A stretch of 64,000 nt of DNA. Origin: Nitrososphaeria archaeon (GTDB lineage: Archaea; Thermoproteota; Nitrososphaeria; Geothermarchaeales; JDFR-13). Under the pieces are notes generated by a model that was not told the DNA's origin, did no database searches, and saw only the letters and a list, made by a program, of their open reading frames with translations. Made by a program: the position numbers and the translations under genes. The DNA is taken from positions 448,001 through 512,000 of the forward strand of contig JALWXN010000004.1 of NCBI GenBank assembly GCA_027078545.1, written 5' to 3'. Positions 48,220 to 56,950 of this stretch are shown piece by piece (position 1 is the first letter of the stretch; every line of letters begins with the position of its first letter).

Positions 48220-49235
48220 TCTTGGGCAGGGCTGCATATGTAGGGGTTGGATGCAATACATATGCATTAGCCCCCCAAGATTCAAGCCATACATATTCAA
48301 TTATCCCCCCATATCCGCCTGTCCAATGTCTACATATGACCATATCCCCCTCCAAGACATATTCTACCGCCCCCTCCCATAACTCTCACATATTACTCTA
48401 TCCCCTCTTCCCAGGCTAGTGTTGATAGAAGCGTCATGGAGGAGGGTTAAGGAGGGGTCTCTATATATTTGTGGGATAGAAGAGCCCCCTTATCCCTCTC
48501 GGGGAGGTATAGGAATATGTAGTCCCGCCATAGGGACATATTCTCATGGCCCCTCGGAGCTCTGGACATGGTGGAGACATTTAGAAGGTCCTGAATATTT
48601 ATCCCTTTTAAGGATCGGTTCTCCAAGCCGTTACAGTTATTGATAGATGGTTTATAACAGTTCCCTAGAGGGAGGGGTAAGCTATTATACGGGCTATGGC
48701 TCGTTTAGGGCTGACAATGGATAGATGAATACGTGGTGTACAGCCGAACATATATTTTTACATCCCCCTCCAAGACCCAGATCCTCAGCAAGCTCCACAA
48801 ACCTGCATGTGGGATCTGTGGAGATGAATGTGTAGGGCTGGGCAGGGGCTGTCTGGGACGCTTCACAACCCCCACGAACCATCATCGACAACCCAGCCCA
48901 GACGTGTGGAGGGGGGAGGGGGTGGAGATGAGGAGGTGTCGGGAACGCTAAACTCTCCACAAAGCCATGTTGAGTATTTGTGGAGCGGGTTCGGAAATGT
49001 GGGGGATAATGTCATATGTATATCGCTCCATAGACTAGGGCTAGATAGAGTGATAGAGTATAGCTAGGCAGAGTCATAGGACACAGGTAGATAGAGCCAT
49101 AGGGACAACCCAGCAACCACACCATAATATGTGTTGTCCTGTGTTGTTGTATTTGTTTGTGTGTTTGTGTGTTGTGTTTTTGTTCTGGCTTATATGGTTT
49201 TGATGTGTGTATGTGTGGTTTGTGTTGTTGTTTGG
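48220..49235. repeat. Non-coding locus with iterated ACATAT-N7/8-CCCC motifs, two 31-bp palindromes and a GT-rich tract
   Basis: Copies at 48258, 48291, 48332, 48357, 48388, 48536 and 48748 (+), and 48501-48520 and 49001-49019 (-); palindromes at 48793-48823 and 48955-48985. Confidence 0.7.
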
Positions 49236-49355
49236 CGTCGCTATCTATAGCTGATCAACGGGGCTTGTAGGCTATGCTGATCTCATCTCCTCCCATGCAT
49301 CATAGCCATGTATCCTCATGACTAGGCCAATGTCTCGTCAATAGACACTTCATAA

Positions 49356-49625
49356 GGGATCGGCTATAGCTGGACCGGCGATACTCCACTCTTCCCACCT
49401 GTTCCTGGGCTTGGTTATGACCCGTTCCACGAGTTGGAGACGGTGTTCCACAGTGTTGCTCCATATGTCAGGTATGTGTATGGGGAGGTGTATCACCTGA
49501 GGGGGCTGAACAGGAGGTATGTCGAGACTGCTCTAGGCGTCCCTGTTGGCTACGACCCAGCCCTCGACACGGCTCTGGGGAGGAGGTTTGAGCGTCTCAT
49601 GAGGCTATACGGCTTGGATGGTGGA
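49356..49625 (+). pseudogene. Orphan coding fragment abutting CRISPR array 2
   Basis: Host-like open frame PPVPGLGYDPFHELETVFHSVAPYVRYVYGEVYHLRG... running into the trailer repeat; no convincing 5' part. Confidence 0.45.
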
Positions 49626-49934
49626 CTTTCAACCCTTCCTAGTCTGGTTCTAACCAGAGCCGTATATTGAAGACGAGCTCCGTAATCTTTGACTAGACTT
49701 TCAACCCTTCCTAGTCTGGTTTTAACTCTACCTCACTGAGCTCCACCGTGTCACCGACTGACAGGTCTTTCAACCCTTCCTAGTCTGGTTTTAACCAGGG
49801 AGGTGGTGGAGTAGTGGCGATTGAGGATCTTGTTAGCTTTCAACCCTTCCTAGTCTGGTTTTAACGGGCTCTATATCTGGACTTCTCATCGATGGATGTT
49901 GCGTTCTTTCAACCCTTCCTAGTCTGGTTTTAAC
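49626..49934 (-). CRISPR. CRISPR array 2: 5 repeats, 4 spacers; same repeat family as array 1
   Basis: Distal repeat identical to array 1; the four leader-proximal repeats carry GGTTTTAAC instead of GGTTCTAAC. Confidence 0.97.
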
Positions 49935-50070
49935 ACAGGATTTTCATTTGTTTCTATATAGATGTTTTTAGTGTTTCTCTTATTTAAGTTTTGTGTGTGT
50001 CATATCGCTGAAGTTGAGGGGGGTTTATAAAGATGTGACGCAGAAAAGTATATAAACCTTTATAAAGGGG
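49935..50070 (-). promoter_or_regulatory. CRISPR leader 2
   Basis: Homologous to leader 1, e.g. GTGTTTCTCTTATTTAAGTTTT and GGGGGTTTATAAAGATGTGACGCA. Confidence 0.85.
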
Positions 50071-50114
50071 GTCTTGCTTCTTGGTGATCTTCCCTTCTTT
50101 TGCTATTCTTTGTC

Positions 50115-50768
50115 TCAGGATTTGTTGATGATTTCTAGTGCGATTTGATATATTTCTAGGTATACTTCTCCTAGGTTGGTAAGTCGGTATCCTCCTCCTC
50201 TTCCGGGTAGTTTTATGACTAGTCCTTGATCCTTGAGCTTCTTAGCGGTTGATCTGTTTTTGCTAGTTCCCTTTTTCTTTATGTTGTCTAGCTCGTCTCG
50301 GTATTTGACTATCCAGGTTGGGGACATGTTTTTTATGGGGTTGAAGATAGGTACTTCGACGTGTCTCGACACGTTCTCGCTATATACAAATATTTTGGCG
50401 ACTCTGGGATCCATCTGTCCGTATAGGGTGAGTATGGATACTTGGCTCCTAGTCCCTCCGGAGAGTAGGAGGACTATGGGGCCTTTATACTTATCATCGT
50501 TGTTCCAGGTTGCCTCTATCAGTTTCTTTATGGATGGGTATACGTCGGCGTCGTCGATATCGACTATTTTATACCTATATTGGTTAAAGGCCTGTTCTAT
50601 AGCGTCCTCCGTCTCCCTAACCTTTTGTAGCAGCCCCTCGTCCCTATCCTCACCTGTCTCTGGGCGTACAAATATTATCCTGTCTTCCTCTGTAAGGCTT
50701 ATTTCCTTGAACTTTGCAAGGACATTTGTAATGTTGAACCCGATGCTCACGATGTATATCGTCATCAA
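50115..50768 (-). CDS. csa3: Csa3-like CARF-wHTH transcriptional regulator
   Basis: IVSIGFN, DRIIFVRP, LSGGTR (cf. SGGMR); C-terminal L.DQGLV...YRLTNLG wing; adjacent to a CRISPR leader. Confidence 0.8.
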   Translation of the reverse strand: MMTIYIVSIGFNITNVLAKFKEISLTEEDRIIFVRPETGEDRDEGLLQKVRETEDAIEQAFNQYRYKIVDIDDADVYPSIKKLIEATWNNDDKYKGPIVLLLSGGTRSQVSILTLYGQMDPRVAKIFVYSENVSRHVEVPIFNPIKNMSPTWIVKYRDELDNIKKKGTSKNRSTAKKLKDQGLVIKLPGRGGGYRLTNLGEVYLEIYQIALEIINKS

Positions 50769-50810
50769 TCAGATGTCTTGTGTGGTGATGCTTATAACTT
50801 TGTTGTTCCT

Positions 50811-50828
50811 TGTCGAGCCTTCTCGACA
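50811..50828. promoter_or_regulatory. Inverted repeat in the csa3/ABC divergent promoter
   Basis: TGTCGAG-CCTT-CTCGACA; TGTCGAGCCT recurs at 50887. Confidence 0.5.
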
Positions 50829-50883
50829 TGGATTTCCCCATGTTTTCGTGTGTGGTGTCTAGGCTGGTTGACAGAATCTATAT

Positions 50884-51792
50884 ATGTGTCGAGCCTCTCC
50901 CTGCTTCCCTGGGATGATCCGGACGTATGGGCTTGGTAAGAGGTTTGATGGTGTCTGGGGTGTCCGTGGACTGAGCATAACGGTTGAGCCCGGCTCGGTC
51001 ACGATGCTCCTAGGCCCCAACGGTAGTGGTAAGACTACTACTGTCCGCCTCCTCGCCACGGTCTATAGGCCTAGTGAGGGTGACGCCGAGGTCATGGGTC
51101 TACGCCTTACGAGGGACTACCGGAGGATCCGTAGATTAGTGTCCTATCTCCCACAGGAGGTGAGCCTATACAACATGTGGACCCCGATGGACGCGGTAAA
51201 GTGGGTCCTGGTGGCGAGGGGCTACTCCAGGGGCGTGGCGTCATCCATAGCTAGGGATTGGATGGAGAGGCTTGGCATCTGGGAATATAGGGATAGGAAG
51301 GGATGGGCATTGAGCGGTGGGATGAAGAGGCGTGTCCTCCTAGCGATGGCCCTGGCTCCGGAGTCTGAGGTGGTCTTCCTCGACGAGCCGACCACGGGTA
51401 TAGACCTCTCGGCGAGGGTCGATATATGGAGGGTTATCAGGGAGGAGGCACGTGGTGGGAGGACGATCCTACTCACTACCCATGACATGATGGAGGGTGA
51501 GGCATTGGCTGATAAGGTTGTACTCCTCCATAGGGGCCGTGTCCTTGTGGAGGCTCCTCTCAAGACACTTCTAGACGAGTTCCCCTACAGGTATAAGGTG
51601 ATCCTCCATAGCATGCCCAACGGTGTAGATGCACCGGTAATACCGGTGGGGGATAGGTACATGCTCCTCGTGAGGAGTAGGGAGGAGGCATTGGAGATCC
51701 TTTCCCAAGCAGGTGGTGTGGGCGAGGTGTCTAAAACAGGTCTGGCCGAGTACTACCTCTACCTCTCGGGTGGTAGTGATGGGGAGGCTTAA
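50884..51792 (+). CDS. ABC exporter ATP-binding protein (start uncertain)
   Basis: GPNGSGKTT, LSGGMKRR, LDEPTTG, TTH. Confidence 0.9.
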   Translation: MCRASPCFPGMIRTYGLGKRFDGVWGVRGLSITVEPGSVTMLLGPNGSGKTTTVRLLATVYRPSEGDAEVMGLRLTRDYRRIRRLVSYLPQEVSLYNMWTPMDAVKWVLVARGYSRGVASSIARDWMERLGIWEYRDRKGWALSGGMKRRVLLAMALAPESEVVFLDEPTTGIDLSARVDIWRVIREEARGGRTILLTTHDMMEGEALADKVVLLHRGRVLVEAPLKTLLDEFPYRYKVILHSMPNGVDAPVIPVGDRYMLLVRSREEALEILSQAGGVGEVSKTGLAEYYLYLSGGSDGEA

Positions 51793-52501
51793 CAGTGTCC
51801 TGGGCTACGCCTATCTCTCGATGCTATGGATCATCAGGGAGCCTATATGGCTCCTCAACGGCTTCGTATGGATCGTCGGCTTCTTCATGATCTTCCACTT
51901 CTGGGGCGGCTCCGAGGCGCTCATCAACTATACAGTGGTCATCATAACGGCTGGATACTGGAGCATGGGGCTTAACGTAGGTGGCCAGGAGTATGGCTGG
52001 AACAAGATAACGAGGCTGGAGGAGTACTACATAGCGAGCCCCGTATCCTTCGGCGACTACTTCATTGGGATCACGATGGGTATGACCGCCACCTCACTAA
52101 TATACTCCCTCCCAGTCTTCCTCATAGCCCATCAGCTAGGGGTGCTACACCTGATGCCCCTCGTAATCCTCCTAGGTGCCTACCTAGTATTTGTCGGGAC
52201 AGCCACCTCGGTAGTGATCATCTCCAGGGTTAAGAACCCGATGAACATCTCCGCCTTGACCAACACTGTAAGCACGGTCCTCTCACTGGTCCCGCCTCTA
52301 TACTACCCAGCAACAGCCCTTCCCAAGCCCCTAGACGCATTGTCGTCGCTCCTCCCACATGTAGCCGCCACTGAGTATGTGAGGAGTATCGTGGGTATAG
52401 GCTCTGCACTACCACCGCTCCACAACCTCTTGATAATGGCTGGCTGGGGATTGGGGCTACTCATCCTTATCCATCGATATGTTACCTGGGGCTGGGAGTA
52501 G
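51779..52501 (+). CDS. ABC-2 type permease
   Basis: Hydrophobic; IASPVS, PPLYYP; ATG 51779. Confidence 0.8.
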   Translation: MGRLNSVLGYAYLSMLWIIREPIWLLNGFVWIVGFFMIFHFWGGSEALINYTVVIITAGYWSMGLNVGGQEYGWNKITRLEEYYIASPVSFGDYFIGITMGMTATSLIYSLPVFLIAHQLGVLHLMPLVILLGAYLVFVGTATSVVIISRVKNPMNISALTNTVSTVLSLVPPLYYPATALPKPLDALSSLLPHVAATEYVRSIVGIGSALPPLHNLLIMAGWGLGLLILIHRYVTWGWE

Positions 52502-52585
52502 ATATCCGGTAAACCATTGTTTACCCATTGTTTACAGGGCTGTGTGGCTTGAACGGGATATAACTGCGTAGCGGATAAATGTTAC

Positions 52586-52656
52586 GAGGGGGATGATGAG
52601 AGAGGCCCTCAGGGACTCCTGATGACCGGATCCCACGGGGGCTCGTCAGACCCTCC
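52586..52656 (+). ncRNA. Candidate box C/D guide sRNA
   Basis: GAGGG...CCCTC terminal stem, box C ATGATGA (52593), C' TGATGA (52620), D-like CAGA (52647); TATA-like GATATAA about 25 nt upstream; intergenic. Confidence 0.55.
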
Positions 52657-52661
52657 ACAGG

Positions 52662-53750
52662 CTATAGAAGCTCCAGGAGCTCCCTACCCTTATCAGAAAT
52701 TATCCTGAGGGGTATCCATGAGATCCCCGTCCCCAACAGCTCCTCATAGAGCGCCTCATAGGCAGCCCTCTCAACCCTCCAGAATAGGAGGCTGGCCATG
52801 TAGAGACTCTTATCAATATCTCTGTATAGCTGGGCATATACGGATTCCACTAGTCTATCCATGATCTCGTAGGCGTTGCCCATACGTCTAGGCCTATGCC
52901 TCCTTAATATGTACTCGAAGCTGTTGAGTAGTGACGCGACATCCCTAAGTATCTCCTCCACATCCCTCCTAGGTATCGGCTCTCTATAGGGCTCCCCCAT
53001 ATAATCGGTTAGGAAGAGCTGTTTACCCATGCGTATGTACTGGCCCAGATGTATATCTCCATGTAGAAACCCGTAGTGCTTCATCGCTGTTGGTAGCCTC
53101 TTCCTCCTGAGGGCATCATGTAGATCCCTAAGGAGCTGTGGGGCCCCCCTTATACCTAGCCCCTCAAGCTGGTAGGCCCTCACTAACAACCTGTTACGCC
53201 AATCATCAACCAGGTATTCGGGATCAGATATTGCTATTCGGCGCATCTCCATCAGTATCGAGTCGGCCTCCATAAGGGTGTCTAATGCACTGTTCAGTAG
53301 CATCGAAACCTTCCCCCACTCCTCGGATGAAACTAGCCCGTCTATAACCGTGTCCAGCCTCTCACCAGGTAGATACTCAGTCAAGACCGCTACCTCGAAG
53401 TTCCCGTAGTTACCACTCTCCACCAAGTACCTCCCCAATGGCTTGGGTGAGATGCCAATCCTCCCCAATATTCTGAGTAGGGGCTCTTCATAGACTCCTT
53501 TGGGGACGAGTCTCCTAATAGTCAGTAGCTTATCACCCAGCCTGTAATGTACTGATTCGCAGCCTCTACCCATAGGCTTGGCCCCGGGTAGGAACCTATC
53601 TACAATGGCCTTTATAGCGTCTTCCCCAGGGACTAGATATTCCGTCTCGTGGATCCTTATCACCCTGTGGCTAAACCCTATTCCACTTATTTCCCCCAGC
53701 TCCGCTACGTCATAGATCTCTGGTGAATAGTCTATGAATGGACACCTCAT
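52662..53750 (-). CDS. Maltokinase-like (APH/Pep2 superfamily) kinase
   Basis: HGDIHLGQ, TDYMGEP, RDVASLLNSFEY, AYEALYE. Confidence 0.75.
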   Translation of the reverse strand: MRCPFIDYSPEIYDVAELGEISGIGFSHRVIRIHETEYLVPGEDAIKAIVDRFLPGAKPMGRGCESVHYRLGDKLLTIRRLVPKGVYEEPLLRILGRIGISPKPLGRYLVESGNYGNFEVAVLTEYLPGERLDTVIDGLVSSEEWGKVSMLLNSALDTLMEADSILMEMRRIAISDPEYLVDDWRNRLLVRAYQLEGLGIRGAPQLLRDLHDALRRKRLPTAMKHYGFLHGDIHLGQYIRMGKQLFLTDYMGEPYREPIPRRDVEEILRDVASLLNSFEYILRRHRPRRMGNAYEIMDRLVESVYAQLYRDIDKSLYMASLLFWRVERAAYEALYEELLGTGISWIPLRIISDKGRELLELL

Positions 53751-53839
53751 CCCCAGACATTTTTAATGAGGAGGGATATGCTAAATCACGTTTTCCGTAA
53801 ATATCGGGTTCAAATATTCTGCGAAACATATTTTTACAT

Positions 53840-55306
53840 ATGTTTAGGAGGCTTGTGGCCCTCCCCCTAGTCCTCCTGCTCCTCCTATCGCCGGTGGCCG
53901 CCTTCTTCATAAACGTTCCTCCCGACCAGGAGACCATTGGCCTAAACTTCGACGACGCTGGGAATGACCTCGAGTTCTTCGGAGCCAATGACGCGGTAAC
54001 AGTTGTTGGCTATGCCATGCTTAACGGTACGTATAGGGTCGGCTATGTAGGCCTCTTCAACAACGGTGTAGCCAAGTTCCACAGGTATTTCGAGGTGCCT
54101 GGCCAGCTCACCAGCGGCTTCTACGACGTCGAGGTCTATAACTTCAACGTTACGATGCCGGCTATAGGGGCTGCCGTGGGATGGGTAGAGTTCAACGTGA
54201 ATGATACCAGGCCGATCTTCATCTCGTATGACGATAGTGGGACACTTCTCTGTAGCATAGTGATGAGGTTCTCGGTAGGTGGTCAGAACCAGTCATGGTT
54301 CGAGGGACTCGCCCTGGTGAATAGCTCAGGAATATACACGGCCTATGCAGTTGGGACGGTGGATGGAAAGGGCCTGATAGCGGCGATTACCCAGACCACC
54401 CTGCTTAGCTGTAGGGTTGAGTGGGTACGTGTGATCCTCCCGCCGACCGGCTATAACTCCATGACCCTGGTGGATATAGAGGAGATAAATGGCTCCGGCT
54501 CGTTCCTGGCCTTAGCCGAGCTTAGGTCTGGACAGTCAGTAGACATGGGTATTGTTAGGATATCGTCCTCCGGCCTGCCAACAGACATAACGATCCTCAA
54601 CAGCGCCACGGATATCGAGCCTGGCGACATGTATGTCAATTCCACTAGGCATGTGATAATAGTTGGGTCGCAGCAGAACGTGGCGGATCCAAACATGGTG
54701 CTCGTCGTGCTAGACCCGACACTGTCCCCGGCCTGCTCCCTAGAGGTTGATATAGATATCTTTGACAGGGCTACCGGGGTAGAGCAGGATGGATATGGAA
54801 ATATACATGTCTCGGGCTACTATGAGGGGCCAGGAAATCTAGGGGTCGCCTATAGGGGGGTCTTCTTCCCCGACTGTAGGCCTATCCAGTTCAATGGATA
54901 TCTCACGACTACGTCACGCTTCATGGATGTGGAGCCATATGTAAACAAGACTGGGACGCCCCACTACGGCTCGGTGGTGTACTTCACTGGCTGGGTTAGC
55001 AGCGGCTTCCCCAACGACTTTCCACAGATAAACTATGACTATCGCCCGATGAACATCTCAGTCTCGACCTATAGTCTGACTAGATATGGTGTCCCAACTG
55101 ACTATTCACGGGGAGTACTCAACCCGTTGAACCCTGCTATCAATACACCGGTGAACCAGGATATACTCTTGATGCGTGTATCGAGTAGCCTACCCATCAT
55201 TCCCGAGGCCCCGACCCCAATACTGTTCCTGGCTGTGGCTGCCGCGGCTGTAATCCTGTTTAGGAGGGCTAGGTGGGCGGCGTCTCGAGGCTCACGGGTC
55301 CCGTAG
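53840..55306 (+). CDS. Secreted surface protein with PIIPE-TM-basic C-terminus
   Basis: Signal peptide; beta-propeller-like repeats; many N-x-S/T sequons; LPIIPEAPTPILFLAVAAAAVILFRRAR. Confidence 0.75.
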   Translation: MFRRLVALPLVLLLLLSPVAAFFINVPPDQETIGLNFDDAGNDLEFFGANDAVTVVGYAMLNGTYRVGYVGLFNNGVAKFHRYFEVPGQLTSGFYDVEVYNFNVTMPAIGAAVGWVEFNVNDTRPIFISYDDSGTLLCSIVMRFSVGGQNQSWFEGLALVNSSGIYTAYAVGTVDGKGLIAAITQTTLLSCRVEWVRVILPPTGYNSMTLVDIEEINGSGSFLALAELRSGQSVDMGIVRISSSGLPTDITILNSATDIEPGDMYVNSTRHVIIVGSQQNVADPNMVLVVLDPTLSPACSLEVDIDIFDRATGVEQDGYGNIHVSGYYEGPGNLGVAYRGVFFPDCRPIQFNGYLTTTSRFMDVEPYVNKTGTPHYGSVVYFTGWVSSGFPNDFPQINYDYRPMNISVSTYSLTRYGVPTDYSRGVLNPLNPAINTPVNQDILLMRVSSSLPIIPEAPTPILFLAVAAAAVILFRRARWAASRGSRVP

Positions 55307-56885
55307 CTGACATGTCTCCCCCGAGGGCTGCGGAGATGTTCCTAAGCATCTCCGGGCCCCACTCCTTTTTCTCAGCCGCTTCGTAGGCCTCCTTCACCCC
55401 GAGTATCCTAGCCGTCGAGAAGAATAGCTTCTTGGCCCTCAGTAGGAGCTCCTCACCCTCCATCGGCCTAGCCAGCTGGATAAGGGTCTCCTTGGCCTCC
55501 TCGGCAAGCCTCTTATCAACCAGCCTGACTATGCCCACCGCCTCCTCCAGCTCGGGTAGGAGCCTCTCTATCCCCCTCTTCCTATATAGGGCCTCCAGCC
55601 AGTCGAGGATATGTATATTCGTGGATCCCTCCCATATCGTGGTGACCAGAGCCTCCCGGTGGAGACGCTCCACTATATGCTCCCTCAGGAAGCCCCGGCC
55701 CCCTAGGAGCTCCATAGCCTCCCCAGTGATCTCGACGGCCTCCCTGGCTACGTAGCCCTTTGCGAGGTGGTTATAGACCCTGGCATGGATATACTCCGGG
55801 CTGTATGGAGGCTTCTCATTGGCTACCCGTCTCCACAGCTCCACAGCCCTGTGGGTAAGGGCTAGTGCTATGAAGCTCCTGGCGTCCAGCCTACCCAGGT
55901 CGGACCTGTAGATAGGCTGTTCGATCAATAGCCTGCCGAAGACCCTCCTCCGGCTGGCGAAGGCCAACGCCTCTAGGAGGCTCCTCCTAGCCAGGCCCAC
56001 AGCACCAGCCGAGTTTGCTAGCCTAGAGATCATCAGGTTCTCCAGGGCGTAGTATATTCCTAGATCCTCCCTACCGACAGGCTCGGCATAGCTATCCTCC
56101 AGCATCACCTCCCCGGTAGGCACGACCAGGGTGCCGAGCTTCTCCTTAAGCCTTACGACGCGGTAGTTTGGCTCGCCATCATGTGTACGGGGGAGGTAGT
56201 AGAGGCCCAGGCCACGGACACCCTCCTCACCACCCTCCCTCCTAGCCAGGACCAGGGCATGGTCAGCCAGCCCCACGTTACTCGTGAAGAACTTGTAGCC
56301 GGTTATCCTCACACCATTACCTGCTCTACGGGCTAGGCTCTCTATCCTGGCCAGGTCGCTACCGGCCTCCACCTCGGTGAACCATGTCCCGCCATACTCA
56401 ACCCCCTCTAGCCCCGCTAAGGCCCTATACTCCCTCGTCATGCCGGGCATATACTTCTTCAGGGCGAACGCCGTCTGGGCAGTGACGGTCAATATACACT
56501 CGTAGCCGGCGTCGCCTATCAGGTATAGCTGTGCCATATGCCCATGCCAGTCACCATCCTCAGTAGCTCTTGAGATACATCTAAACCTCTTAACCGTCTC
56601 CTCAAGTGTTTGGAGAAGCTCATCGGGAAGGTAGACCCTCCACTGGGGCCTACCCATCACATCCCAGTGGACGAGGCGAGGACCACCCATAGCCTCCACA
56701 GTCCTCACAGCGTCGAGAATACCCGTGTTGCAATACCCTGAAAACCTGCTAAGCCCCTCCCTAGGGACGCCCCACCTACTGAGCACTGCGTCCAGCCCAG
56801 GGTCAAGCCCAAAAGTCTCGAGGCCCTCCAGGAGACTATACCAACCCCCCAAGACAGACCCCAAGACAAGGAATAGCAGATACAC
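55269..56885 (-). CDS. Acyl-CoA dehydrogenase, AidB-like
   Basis: TE..AGSD, GYKFFTS, RLKEKLG...PTGEV, MELLGG.G, IWEGSTNI. Confidence 0.9.
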   Translation of the reverse strand: MYLLFLVLGSVLGGWYSLLEGLETFGLDPGLDAVLSRWGVPREGLSRFSGYCNTGILDAVRTVEAMGGPRLVHWDVMGRPQWRVYLPDELLQTLEETVKRFRCISRATEDGDWHGHMAQLYLIGDAGYECILTVTAQTAFALKKYMPGMTREYRALAGLEGVEYGGTWFTEVEAGSDLARIESLARRAGNGVRITGYKFFTSNVGLADHALVLARREGGEEGVRGLGLYYLPRTHDGEPNYRVVRLKEKLGTLVVPTGEVMLEDSYAEPVGREDLGIYYALENLMISRLANSAGAVGLARRSLLEALAFASRRRVFGRLLIEQPIYRSDLGRLDARSFIALALTHRAVELWRRVANEKPPYSPEYIHARVYNHLAKGYVAREAVEITGEAMELLGGRGFLREHIVERLHREALVTTIWEGSTNIHILDWLEALYRKRGIERLLPELEEAVGIVRLVDKRLAEEAKETLIQLARPMEGEELLLRAKKLFFSTARILGVKEAYEAAEKKEWGPEMLRNISAALGGDMSATGPVSLETPPT

Positions 56886-56950
56886 ACACTTAACTGGGGA
56901 GAGGCTGTGGACAGCCTATATCGTCGGTAAGCAGGAATAGTTTCTATGGA

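Noticed and set aside
48220-49020. Canonical ORB origin or degenerate CRISPR array as the explanation
   Set aside because: No TTCCAnnGGAAA-type ORB seen; motifs occur on both strands with irregular spacing and do not resemble either CRISPR repeat
48122-49067. Several 65-88-aa ORFs in the repeat locus
   Set aside because: Overlapping, with atypical composition and no recognisable motifs; better explained as non-coding
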